Assembly: GCA_963785725.1 (NCBI GenBank)
Contig: CAWAWS010000014.1
Location: forward strand, 379,511 to 443,510
Length of the DNA: 64,000 nt
Direction of reading: 5' to 3'
From: an uncultured delta proteobacterium
GTDB lineage: Bacteria > Myxococcota_A > Polyangia > Palsa-1104
The notes under the pieces: model-generated
Told to the model about the DNA's origin: nothing
Seen by the model: the letters and a program-made list of their open reading frames with translations, nothing else
The model's database searches: none
Position numbers and translations under genes: made by a program
In this document: positions 37,393-49,200 of the stretch, piece after piece
Numbering within the stretch: position 1 is the first letter of the stretch
Layout: the number at the start of each line of letters is the position of its first letter

Positions 37393-39538
37393 TGCACGCA
37401 CTGATATTCGTTCTCGCACATGCTGTACGTCTTGACCTCGGTGTCTTGAAGGCGATCTTCTTGTCGTCGTCGATGCACTTGGCGTCGGTGAGCTTCTGGA
37501 TCGCGCCGCTGCCGCCGTGATCGTCGTCGGCGCTGCCGCTATTGTCGATGAGATCTTGATAATAGCGCCGGACCAATTCGCGATAGTTATCGAGCTGCCG
37601 ATTGCCTTTATCGATGGCCTTTTGATTGTCGGGTTTGAACTCGTAAATGATGCAGTCGGCGAACACGACGCAGTCGGGGCGTTCGTCACTGCCGGGGAAG
37701 CTCTTATCGGCGACGTCGCAGCCGTCGCTCATGTCGCGGTGCCGCTGCTTGCCGTATTCGATGGCGTGCTGCACGAGCGGATGGTCGGCGCCGCGATAAG
37801 CGCCGGTCTGCGGCAGGCTCTGCAGCTTGTCGTGCACCGCCTTCAAGTCGTCGTATTTACGCTGCGTATCATCGTGCGTGTCGGGATTGTTGAGCGGCAC
37901 TTGCGCCGCCGCCTCGACCGCCGCGTAGCGATCGAGCACCGGCTGAATCGTGCTCTGCATTTGCGCGCGAATGTCGTTGGCGGCGCTGCGGCCGCCGTCT
38001 TTGTCCGGGTCGTCGCCCTCTTCCCAATCGTCGCCGCAGAACGCCGTCCAGATCGACTGCATGCCGTCGCAGTCGACGCGATAGCAGGCGCGCGCGTCGG
38101 CCATCCAGCGATCGGCGAGCGCGATAAAGCCGACTGCGGCATTTTGTCCAGTCTGCGTCATGATGCCGAGCGCGGCGACGACGTCGGGATTGCCGTCGGC
38201 CTGGGCCACGACGTCGCAGCTGGCGTGCGACTGCGCCAGCATGCCTTCCCAATATTGCTCCAGCGCGTCGGCCGACTGCGCCATGGCCGTCGCCACTTCC
38301 TTCCACGAGTCGTCGTCGGGCGCGAACGCTTTGACGGCATCGCGCGCCTTTTTCACCGTGTCCAAGCTGGCCGTCGCGCGCGCCAAAGAATCGACGATAG
38401 GCGCCGCCAGGCTCTTGGCGTTCGTCGTCAGCGTCGTGGCCGCGCCTTTGGGATCGTTCGTATTCTGCAGCGCGTCGTTGATGGCGTTCTGCAGCTGTCG
38501 GCCGGCGCTGTTGCAGGTGTCGCGGCCGTTATCGAGCGTGTGCTGAAACTGCTTGAGCTGCCGGAGCGCGCTCTCGGCGTTCAAGAAGTCCTTCAAGATC
38601 TGCGGCCACTTCGTCAGCATCGTATTGGCCGGCGCATCGGTGCCCGCCAGCGGCGTCAAGTCGGCCAAGTTGGTCTGAATTTGGTTGGCGCGCCCTTCGC
38701 TGCTGGCGATGAGGCCGTCGTCGCTCGACGACGTCGCGTCGGACACGGTGGTGGCCACGCCGCGCACGTTCATGCGCATCGTATCGACGAGCTGATCGCG
38801 CGCCGCCTTCAGATCGCCGAGAAACTTCACGGTCGCCACCAGCGCCGGATGATCGCTGGGCGACAACAGCGGCGTGCACGACCGCGTGTACTCTTGGCGA
38901 TTGCGATCCCACTTCGTCCAGGCGTCGTCGCCGCCACGCTTGAGATTGTCGCGCGCCGTCGACCATGCGCCGTCGCCCCTGAAGTTGCCGGTCGTGTCGT
39001 GGGCGTCGGTCAGCGTCGCGTTCATCGCCTCGGCCGCGTCCCACGTCGGCTTCAGCGGCGCCAGCGCCGACTGCGCCAGCGGCGGCGCTTCGGTCAGGCC
39101 ATTGGTGTTCTTGTCGTCGACATATTTCTTCAGCTGCGCGCGCAGCGCCGCGTCTTGCGCTTGGCAGGTGGCGTCGAAGTTGGCGTATTGATCCTGCGCC
39201 GTCGTCAGCTGCGTGAGCGCGTTCGCCGCCGCCGGGAAGAGCGCCACCTCGTCGCGCCACTGCGACAACAGCGACGCCGCCGCCGAATCCGCGCCTTTGA
39301 CGGCATCGAGCTGGTCGAGCGCGCTCTTGATGTCGTCATTCTTCGCCAGCGCGCCGCTGACATCGGCCGGCAGCCGGCCGGCCAAGTCGTTGAGCAGCGA
39401 CGTCAGCTGCGCCGTCAAGGTCGCGCGCGTTTGCGCATCGGCGTCCTCCTCGGCGCGCGCCGCGCCGTCGGCCGCGAGCAACACCAGCGCGCCCGCCGCC
39501 ACGAGCAAAGCTCCCCTTCGCCCCACTGCATTCGTCAT
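37389..39538 (-). CDS. Secreted helical-repeat protein with C-terminal PD-(D/E)xK (REase-fold) nuclease-like toxin domain; frameshift near 37440
   Basis: Signal peptide ending AARA; YGKQRH...RPDC...IYEFKPDN...GNRQLDNY; the shifted frame ends EVKTYSMCENEYQCVQ* overlapping the next ATG. Confidence 0.8.
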
Positions 39539-39966
39539 TCGTGCAGCAGCTTATCAGTCCAATGACGCTCCCATTGTGATCGAAAACACCGATTCAAATG
39601 GAGCGGATTGAATGCCGATTCGCAAATATCTCGATATCGAAAATAAACCGCAACGCGAATTCGATCAGGAGCTGATTCGATTGTGCGGCGGCGCGATCAT
39701 CGGCCGCAGCGCGAGCGCGCGAAAGTGGGCGCCCGCATACGAAATCGATCGCGTGGCTTACCGTCGCTGGCACCGAGCTGTCCGCACATCGAAATGAGCG
39801 ATTGGACCGACCATTGCGTGTGATTCGAGTCGCATTGGCGTGACTATCTACTTGTGACTCGTATCAAATAACTAGTTTTCCAAATGTAGGAACTGGTGCG
39901 AGCGATCACCGCCTCTGCGAATTAGACCTGTTAGGTTCCTTCCCGAATTCGAATCGGGGGGAACCG

Positions 39967-40857
39967 ATGTTCGCGTCGTCGAGGTCGGGTCGAATTGGCC
40001 TATTGATCGTGGCATTCGCATGTCTGACGGCAACCGCCGACCGCGCTTTCGCGGACGAAACGGCGGCGGCCAAGCTGCATGTCAAACGCGCCAATACCGC
40101 CTTTTATTTGCAGCGCTATGAAGAGGCCGCAAAAGAGTACGAAAAGGCATTCGAGCTCAAAGACGCGCCCGGTCTATTGTTCAATATCGGGCAAGCCTAT
40201 CGACTGAGCGGTCAGCTCGTCAAAGCGTTGGGCGCTTATCGTTCTTACAACGCGCGCGTCCCCGATGCCGAGAATCGCGCCGAGGTCGTCGCGCTCATCG
40301 CCGACGTCAAGAATCGCATCGAGGCGGCGAAGCGCGCCGACGAAGAGCGCGCGGCGGCGGCGGCGCGTGAAGAGGCGGCGCGACAGGCCAAGGCCGATGC
40401 CGATGCGGCGGCTGCTGCGGCCGCGGCGGCCGCGGCGGATCGTCGCGCCGCCGGCGAGCCGGCGGTGGTCGCGCCCGCGCCGATCGTCTACTCGTCGCGC
40501 GACATCGCCCGCGCGCGGCTCTTGCGACGTGTCGGTCTGGGCGTGACCGCGTGCGGCGTAGCCGCGCTCGTCGCCGGCGGCGTCTTCGCCGGCATCACCA
40601 GCAACATCAACGGCAAATTGAACTCGCCCGCGCAACCGAGCAACGGCGGCCGTCCCATCTTCTCCAAGACGCTCGAGGCCAAAGGGCGCACCGACCAGGC
40701 GTTGGAGACGGCGTTCTTCGCCGTCGGCGGCGCCGCCGTCGTCGCCGGCGTCGCGACGCTCATCGTCGGTTCGAAGCGGTTGAAGCGCATGACGTACGCC
40801 GTCGCGCCGGCCATCGGGCCGCATGAAGTCGCCGCCACTCTCAGCCTGCGCTTCTGA
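39967..40857 (+). CDS. Exported TPR protein with C-terminal Gly-rich hydrophobic helices
   Basis: RYEEAAKEYEKAFEL, LLFNIGQAYR; ends TLSLRF. Confidence 0.85.
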   Translation: MFASSRSGRIGLLIVAFACLTATADRAFADETAAAKLHVKRANTAFYLQRYEEAAKEYEKAFELKDAPGLLFNIGQAYRLSGQLVKALGAYRSYNARVPDAENRAEVVALIADVKNRIEAAKRADEERAAAAAREEAARQAKADADAAAAAAAAAAADRRAAGEPAVVAPAPIVYSSRDIARARLLRRVGLGVTACGVAALVAGGVFAGITSNINGKLNSPAQPSNGGRPIFSKTLEAKGRTDQALETAFFAVGGAAVVAGVATLIVGSKRLKRMTYAVAPAIGPHEVAATLSLRF

Positions 40858-40868
40858 GGAGACTGAAA

Positions 40869-43716
40869 ATGACGCTTAATCCTCGTTCAGTCGCGCTTCT
40901 GTGCGGCATTTTGTCGCTCACGGGCTGTATCGACATCAATCCCGCGCCCGGCACCTATTACTGCACGCAGACGTCGCAGTGTCCGTCCAATCAATATTGT
41001 GACATTCCCACCAACTCTTGCGTTCGCAACGGTCAGGTCGTCACGCGGCCCGACATGTCGATGGGCATGGATCTGGAGCCCGCGTGCAACTGCGCGCCGC
41101 CGACGAGCGGCTGCCAGACCGTGAGCTGCGACGACAGCGGCGCCTGCGTCACGTCGCCCGTTCCCGGTGGCACGGTGCTGCCGGCGCGCTTTCAGACGCC
41201 GGGCGATTGCGTGCAGCTCGTCTGCGACGACAACGGCAACTCGACGTCGATCGCCGACACCAGCGACACGCCCAACGTCACCGACTGCCAGACCGCATCG
41301 TGCAGCGGCACGACGCCGGTGACGACCAGCAAAGCGCCGGGCACGCCCTGCGCCGGCGGCGGCGTGTGCAACGACAACGGTCAATGCGGCGGCTGCACGC
41401 CCGCCGACGTCAAGTGCGACAACGACGTGCCGCAGACCTGCACGCCCGACGGCGTGTGGCTGAACGGCCCGCCCTGCGCCTATGCCTGCTCGGCGGGCGC
41501 GTGCGTCGGCGTGTGCGTGCCGCAGACGATGGAGTGCCTCAATAACGCGCCCGCCAGCTGCAACAACTTGGGCCAGTGGACGGCGGGCGCCGCGTGTCCC
41601 GAGGTCTGCAGCGCCGGCGTGTGCGGCGGCTCGTGCACGCCCGGCTCGCATCAGTGCACCGGTAACAACGTGCAAGAGACCTGCGATTCGACCGGCAAAT
41701 GGGGCTCGGATACGCCTTGCCAATACGTCTGCACCGGCGCCGGGCAATGCACCGGTCAATGCGTGCCCGGCACGTCGCAGTGCGGCAGCGCGGTGACGCC
41801 GCAGAGCTGCTCGTCGAGCGGCAGCTGGGTCAGCGGCAGCGACTGCCCGTATGTCTGCAGCGGCGCCGGCGTGTGCAGCGGCGAGTGCAAACCCACGAGC
41901 GCGCGCTGCCTCGACGACGTCACGCCGCAGACCTGCGACGCCACCGGCAAGTGGCAGACCGGCACCGTCTGCCCCGACGCCTGCACCGGCGCCGGCGTGT
42001 GCGGCGGCAACTGCCATCCGGGCGCGCGCCAATGCAGCGGCAAGAACCCGCAGACCTGCGACAGCACCGGCACCTGGCAGAACGATCAGAGCGGCGCTTG
42101 CACCTACGTCTGCAGCGGCGCCGGCGTGTGCGGCGGCTCGTGCAATCCCGGCGACAAGATGTGCAACGGCCTCACGCCCGAGACCTGCTCGTCCGCCGGC
42201 GCGTGGACGCCCGGCACGGTCTGCCCGTACGTCTGCTCGGCCGGCGTCTGCAGCGGCGTCTGCACTCCCAACTCGAGCGCTTGCCTCAACAGCACGACGC
42301 CCGAGAGCTGCGACGCGACCGGCACCTGGCAGCCGAAGCCGGCGTGCACGACCGGCGTCTGCTTGAACGGCAGCTGCAGCGGCACGTGCACGCCCAACAC
42401 CATGACGTGCAACGGCAACATCTCCGAGAAGTGCGACAGCACCGGCAACTATCAGCCGGTGCAGACGTGCGCGTTCGGCTGCACCGGCGCCGGCGTCTGC
42501 AGCGCGCTCGTCGCGCCCACGCCGTCGGTGATCGTCGACGGCTCCGACATCTCGGTCAGCTGGACCGATCCCGGCATCTCCGGCGTCACCTGCCACATGG
42601 AGCGCTCGGCCAACGGCGGCACGACGTGGGCGCAGCCGGCGACCTCGGTCAGCCCGTGCCCGGCCAACGCCAAGACGCCGTGCAACGCCTACGACCCGTG
42701 GCTCTTGCGCGCCAGCTACCTCTACTCGGTCGTCTGCGCCGGCTCGGGCACGACGGCGCGCTCGGCCACCGTCGCCGCCACGCCCGGCATCGAGCTGTGC
42801 GGCACGACCTACACCAAGAACACCTACGTCGTCGACGGCCTCAGCCCGGGCACGGTCAAGACCGAGCGCACCGTCTCGAACGCGCAGTCCAACGCCGGCT
42901 TCACCAACGCCTGGGGCATCGCCGCCGATACGGCAGCCGGCGAGATCTCGGGTCTCCAGCCACGACTCGAACAACATCATGGTCTTTCAGCGCACGGCCG
43001 CCGATCCGACGGGCTTGACCGGCTCGCGCTCGCTCTACGTCTCGCCCGAGGGCGCCACGACGTCGCTGCAGCCGACCAGCATCGCGCTGCTCGGAAACGA
43101 GGTCATCGTCGCCACGCGCGTGTCGCCCTATTATCTGGCCGGCTACCCGCGCACGTTCACGAGCAGCATCGGCACCCCGTCGACGGTCGCGCCCAACTGG
43201 TGGATCAAGGGCACCGCCGCCGGCCTGAACCTGCCGATCTCGCTCGCCACCGACGGCGGCAACCTCATCTACGTCGGCAACGCCGGCTCGCACTCGGTCG
43301 GCGTCTATCACCACGACACGCTGGTGTCGGCGGCGGCCACGAACCACACGGCGCTGCCGGCGGGCACGGTGTCGCTCACCGGCATCAACAATCCGACGGC
43401 CGTGGCGGTCGATCCGACGGCGCGCGAGCTCTTCATCGCCGACGAAGCGGGCGTGCGCATCGACGTCATGAGCGCCGACGCGACCGCGGGCAGCATCAAG
43501 CGCTCGATCACCATCAACGGCTCACCGAGCTGCGGCTTGTCGATGCCGATCGCCATGCGCGTCGACTCGGGGACGCTCTACGTCCTCAACTACGACACCG
43601 GCATCGTCGCCGGCATCAAGAGCACCGCCAGCGACGCCGACTCGGGCGGCGCCGTGGGCACGAAGCTCCTGACCTCGGATTTTGGCAGCGGCGTCGGGCT
43701 CGCCGTCTGCAACTGA
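40869..43716 (+). CDS. Large Cys-rich repeat lipoprotein with FN3-like and beta-propeller-like C-terminus; frameshift near 42950
   Basis: Lipobox LTG-C; nine ~41-aa six-Cys repeats (C.PG..QC....P.TC...G.W...C...C..G.C); ISVSWTD; AWGIAAD, PTAVAVD NHL-like strands. Confidence 0.8.
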
Positions 43717-43754
43717 CGCTTTAGCGACATCAATCGACACACATGGGAGGGGAA

Positions 43755-46085
43755 ATGAGGGTTTTCTCGCAATTGAAGAAGCAGTGGCTGGCGCTGTCGC
43801 TGTTGGCGGCGATGCCGGGCGTGGCGCGCGCCGATCTGAGCGACACCAAGGGGTGTTTCACGCCCGTCGGCGGCATCAACGGCCTGGCGCCCGACATTCG
43901 CTACATCGACAACGGCGGCCTGCTCGACTCGCGCTGGGTCGGCGGCTTCGGCTACGGCTGGGAGACCGGCGGCCTCGGTGAAGGCGAGTTCAAGGCGGTC
44001 AGCGACGGCAACAAGATCTACTTGTCGACGCGCCACTACGTCTTGCAGGACGCGATCGGGGGCAGCGAAGGCGTCCAGGTCGGCTTCGCGTACACGCCGC
44101 CCGGCGCCAGCGTCGCCAACTCGCTCAGCCAGATCATCCGCGTCACGTTCGGCGTCGGCGGTCCCGGCGACACCTACAACACGCCGTCGGCCACCGATCC
44201 GAACACCGGCGCCTTGATCGGCACGCCGCCGCTGACGGCGTCGCTCTATTACAAGATCGGCACCGGCGCGACGACGCCCTGGCAGCCGGCTCCGGTGTCG
44301 TCGGGCGATCCGCTGCAGTGGGTCCTCGACTCGACGCGCATGTTCATCTTGACCGACGCCAACCTGGTGACGACGACGAACCCGAGCGGGCTCTACTACG
44401 TCGTGCAGATGGCGATCCCCATCAAGCACACGATGGAAGCGGATCCGTCGGCGGCGGGCGTTCACTACTGGACGACGCCGGGCGTCTACGCCGACACGAC
44501 GCAGCCGATCAAGTATTGGGCGGACCTCATGCAGACGCTCGATCCGGCGGCGGACGCGGTCATCTTCCGCTCGTGGCCCGATCCGGGCCTGTCGACGCCG
44601 ACTCTGCCGAACTACACGCTGCAGAACCGCGACGGCGCCAGCAGCAGCAACTTGGGCACGCCCGACATCGCGACCTACAGCACGATGCAGTACGGGTCGC
44701 CGGCGGCCGGCACCTGCTCGGGCACCGGCCTCGGCTTCGCCAACACCGACATTCAGGACACGTCGGCGGTCGCCGCCGGTCACTCGGACGGCAACTTGCT
44801 CTTGTACTCGGTCTCGGGCACGACGATCACGCCGTCGCCCAACAACTTCCTCATCAACGTGACGAACTCGTCCACGACGGGCTATACGCCGTCGGACATC
44901 AGCGCCAAATTCTTCATCGCGCCTTACGGCTCGCAGACCGGCTCGGTGTCGGCGGGCGCGTCGGCGTGGGCGCCGCTGTATACGAACCACAACGTCATCC
45001 AGTGCAGCGGCTCGGGCGCGACGCGCAAGTGCGCGACCGAGACGGGCACGCCGATCACGGCCACCTCGTCGTCGACGACGCCGGTGGCCAACGGCAGCTT
45101 CGCCTTGAGCACGACCTCGGCGTGGTCGCCCGATGCCAGCTACCTGTGCGCGGTCGTCGATCAGAACGGCAAACCCTACGACCTCTATCCCAACTTCCCG
45201 ACCTACTGCGCAGGTCAGCCGTGGCTGCCGGCGCAGCAGAACGTCGCCAACCCGACGACGCAGTGGGATGGTCTGCCGTTCCACACCTGCATGCAGGTCG
45301 AGCTCTCGGTGACCGGCTCGGCTTCGGGCGGCGTCATCTTCGCCAACAAGAGCGCCTTCCGTAACATGTACACGGTGCCGGCTTCGGCCTATCGCGAGGC
45401 GGCCATCGTCGACACGCGCGGTCTGCCGAAGATTGCCGGCGCCACGGCGCACGACATCTACCTGTACACCGAGACGCGCAACATGCCGGCCAGCATCCCC
45501 GGCGGCGACTCGGGCCCGGTGACGGTGAAGACGACGTCGAAGGAGCGCAATCCGGCGCCGCCGACGTACAACGACCTCGGCAAGACGATGCCGACCTTCG
45601 CCGTGCACACCTATTGGGACACGGGCAAGACGACGCTCATCAACGGCAAGTCGCTCAAGGTCCTCGAGCCGATGACGTCGTACGGCAACTTCGTGACCCA
45701 CGATTACGCCGGCGAAGGCACGATCTACGGCTGGGACGCGCACCTCGAAGGCGTCACGCAGATCGGCCCGCACACGTACAAAGTGACCGTGCCCAACGAC
45801 GGTCGCGTCTCGGTGACGACGAGCATTCAGGCGTATCCGTCGCCGGTGTGCCCGGGCGTCGCCAACCCCGACGTGACGTCGCTGTTGCAGAGCCTGGCGC
45901 CGGTGCTGGCGACGAACACGACGCTGGTGTCGGGCGTCAACCAGCTGCTGGCCGAGCTGCAGATCAAGTGCGTCGATCTCAACAACCTGTTGCAGACGAT
46001 CGGCGGCCTCAACTGGGGCACGTGGAGCTCGTGGGTGCAGCTGCTCATCAAGGAGATCTTGAGCGCCAGCGGCTGCAAGTGCTGA
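43755..46085 (+). CDS. Large secreted Ser/Thr/Gly-rich hypothetical protein
   Basis: RBS GGAGG, signal peptide ending ARA, strong codon bias, beta-strand-like composition. Confidence 0.8.
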   Translation: MRVFSQLKKQWLALSLLAAMPGVARADLSDTKGCFTPVGGINGLAPDIRYIDNGGLLDSRWVGGFGYGWETGGLGEGEFKAVSDGNKIYLSTRHYVLQDAIGGSEGVQVGFAYTPPGASVANSLSQIIRVTFGVGGPGDTYNTPSATDPNTGALIGTPPLTASLYYKIGTGATTPWQPAPVSSGDPLQWVLDSTRMFILTDANLVTTTNPSGLYYVVQMAIPIKHTMEADPSAAGVHYWTTPGVYADTTQPIKYWADLMQTLDPAADAVIFRSWPDPGLSTPTLPNYTLQNRDGASSSNLGTPDIATYSTMQYGSPAAGTCSGTGLGFANTDIQDTSAVAAGHSDGNLLLYSVSGTTITPSPNNFLINVTNSSTTGYTPSDISAKFFIAPYGSQTGSVSAGASAWAPLYTNHNVIQCSGSGATRKCATETGTPITATSSSTTPVANGSFALSTTSAWSPDASYLCAVVDQNGKPYDLYPNFPTYCAGQPWLPAQQNVANPTTQWDGLPFHTCMQVELSVTGSASGGVIFANKSAFRNMYTVPASAYREAAIVDTRGLPKIAGATAHDIYLYTETRNMPASIPGGDSGPVTVKTTSKERNPAPPTYNDLGKTMPTFAVHTYWDTGKTTLINGKSLKVLEPMTSYGNFVTHDYAGEGTIYGWDAHLEGVTQIGPHTYKVTVPNDGRVSVTTSIQAYPSPVCPGVANPDVTSLLQSLAPVLATNTTLVSGVNQLLAELQIKCVDLNNLLQTIGGLNWGTWSSWVQLLIKEILSASGCKC

Positions 46086-46123
46086 TTGGGCGCGGTTCGG
46101 TAGTCGTTTCGACGTGATATCCT

Positions 46124-46177
46124 GCAGCCGCCGTCCGCCAGTCGAAGACCGGCGCGGACGGCGGCTGCTTTTATTTT
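46124..46177 (+). terminator. Rho-independent terminator
   Basis: 15-bp stem GCAGCCGCCGTCCGC/GCGGACGGCGGCTGC followed by TTTTATTTT. Confidence 0.85.
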
Positions 46178-46206
46178 CGGCTTACGAATGGGGATTTGGG
46201 GGGAGC

Positions 46207-49200
46207 GTGCGCAGCTCATGGTTATGGCTCGTGGTGGCGTTGGGGCTGACGAGCGGTTGCGGCAGCGACAAGAAGGCGGCGCTGGTCAAGCCGGAGTCGG
46301 TGGCGTTGACCGTGTTCCTCGACGCCACGGTCAGCGACGCGCAGGTGGCGACGCTCAAGACGCTCGCGGTCAGCGACGGCAGCAGCAATGCGCCCGCGAC
46401 CTATGATTTGACGGCGACGCCGTTCGTCGCGCGGCAGCTGATGGTGACGTTCAAGGCCGACTCGGCGCTGACGAGCGCGGTGCTCGTCGGGCGCGCGCTC
46501 GACGCCGGCGGCGACAGCGTCGCGCAGGGCCAATCGGCGACGATCGCGCTCACGCCCGGCCAAGCGGTCGCCGGCCAGCTCGTGCTGTCGACGAATCCGC
46601 TGCCGCCGCAGGGTGACATGGGGCCGACGACGACGGCGCTGACGATTACGCCGTCGAGCTTGACGATGGCGCCGGGCGCGATCCAGCCGTTCACGGCCAA
46701 TCTGCCGGTCACCTGGTCGGTCATGGAAGCGGCCGGCGGGCAGATCGACGGCAACGGCAACTACACGGCGCCGGCGCTGCTCGGCACCTACCACGTCGTG
46801 GCGACGACGACCGACGCGCCGACGCGGACCGCCGTCGCCGCCGTCCTCGTCGACGGGCGGCAGGTGCAGCTGGTGGCGGGCGCGCTCGGCGGCAACGGTC
46901 GCGCCGACGGCATCGGCAGCGCCGCGCGTTTTCACACGCCCGGCCAGTTTGCCTACGACGGCGCCGGCCACCTCTACGTCGCCGATTGGCTCAACGAGAC
47001 GATCCGCGTGGTCGACACGACGACCGGTGGCACGACCACGCTCGCCGGCGCGGCCGGGCAGTACGGCACGAGCGACGGCATCGGCGCGGCCGCGCGCTTT
47101 GGCGGCCCGATGGGCCTCGCGCTCGACGGCAAGGGCAACTTGTACGTCGCCGACGACGCCAGCAACGTCATCCGCCGCGTCGAGCTGGCCACGCGCACCG
47201 TCACCACGATCTCGGGCGCGCCGGGCGTCGCCGGTTACGCCGACGGCGCGAGCGCGAAGTATGCCGTGCCCGCGAGCTTGGCCTACGATCCGGCCGGCTT
47301 CCTCTACATCGCCGACTCCAACAACAGCGCCATCCGCAAGCTCGACCTCAGCGACAACGTCGCCAGCACCATCAACAGCGACTTCTTGTTTCCCGTCGGG
47401 CTCGCCTTCGATGGCACGCGCTATCTCTACGTCGCCGACGGCCGCGAAGAGGCCATCGGGCGCGTCGATACCGAGGACGGCTTGTCCACGTCTCTCGTCG
47501 GCGGCGAGGCCGGCTTCCGCGACGGCATCGGCGGCCACCTGTTCAACGTCAACCAGCTGGCGCTCGACGCGAAGAACAACATACTGCACATCGCCGACTT
47601 CCGCGTGCGCACGCTCGATTTGCAGAACCTCGCGCTCGCCACCCAGCAGTTCGAGCACGACGGCATCGGCTACGGCATCGCCATCGACGAGAACGGCGAC
47701 ACGCTGTTCGGCTACGACGACGCCATCATCCGCATCGATTCCGCCGGCGACAACTACACGGTCGTCGCCGGCGTCGAGGCCAACGTGGGCTACGTCGACG
47801 GCACCGGCACGGCCGCGCGCTTCGCCAACCCACGCGCGCTCGCCAGCGACGGCAACGGCGCACTCTTCGCCACCGATCCCGGCAACCAGACGGTGCGCCG
47901 GATCGCGCTGGCGACCGGCCAAACGTCGACGCTCGCCGGCAGCCCGTGGTACGTCGACGCCGACGGCGTCGGCACGGCCGGCCGGCTGCACTATCCGCAG
48001 AACGTCGTCTCCGACGGCAGCGGCACGCTCTACATCATCGAGTCGGACACGGCCACGATCCGCAAGTACGTCATCGCCACCGGCACGCTGACGACGCTCG
48101 CCGGCCGCGCCAATCGCCCCGGCAACGCCGACGGCCCGGGCGCGACCGCGCAGTTCTACGAGCCGATGGGCGCCTGTCTCGACAGCGGCTTCCTCTACGT
48201 CGCCGACTCGCAGAACCAGACGATCCGCCGCGTCGACGTCACCACGGGCGCGGTCACGACCATCGCCGGCATGACCGAGCAGCCGGGCGCCGTCGACACC
48301 ATCGGCGCCAACGCGCAGTTCAACATCCCCGAAGACGTCAAATGCGACGGCGCCGGCCACTTGTACGTCGCCGATTGGCGCAACGACGCCATCCGCCGCG
48401 TCACGCTGTCGGCGACCAACACCGTCGACACGGTCGTCGGCAAGCTGGGCGCCGCCGGCGCGACCAACGGCCTCGGCGGCGCGGCGCGCCTGAACGGGCC
48501 GGTGGCGTTGGCGATCAACGCGACGACGCTGTTCATCGCCGACGGCGTCAATGACAGCATCCGCGAAGCGCGCCTCTCCGACTTCAACGTGACGACGCGC
48601 GCCGCCGGCGTCAGCGGCGGCAACATCACCGGCATCGCCGTCGACGGTGCCAACCTCGTCTACATCAGCAGCGACAAGGCGACGGTGAAATCGGTCGACC
48701 CGAGCGGCGCCATCGCGTTCGTCGCCGGCACGGCCAACGCGCTGCCGACCAACGGTCAAGGCGCCGCCGCCGCGTTCGAGCGGCCGCTCGGCCTATGGCT
48801 CGACGGCGGCGGCCTGTGGCTCGTCGACCACGACGACGGCACCGTCCGCCACATCGATCTGCCGTCGGCGAACGTCACCACCGGCGTCGGCTACGGCTGG
48901 TCGAACGCCGCGCTGACCGGCACCGGCATCGCCGCCAACATCCTGCGCCCACACGGCATCGGGTTCTACGGCGGCGCGCTCTACGTCGGCGACGACGTCG
49001 GCACGGTGCTCGACCAGATCGACCCGACGACGACCATCCTGACCATCGCCGCCGGCCAAGCGAAGCAGGGCGGCTGGGACAGCGGCCCCGTCGCCACGGC
49101 GCACATCGAGAGCGTCTCCAGCGTCATCTTCGACGGCCAAGGCGCGCTCTACATGGGCGACGGCATCGGCTGCACCATTCGCGCGATCGTCAGCGGTCAG

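Noticed and set aside
37073..37440. C-terminal extension of the 821-aa ORF as listed in the track
   Set aside because: The Arg-rich tail overlaps the next gene; a one-base shift gives a natural end with an ATGA overlap at 37389-37392
43590..48759. Long antisense ORFs (727 and 845 aa) and similar Arg-rich shadow ORFs throughout
   Set aside because: Expected from high GC3 codon bias opposite real genes; no recognisable motifs
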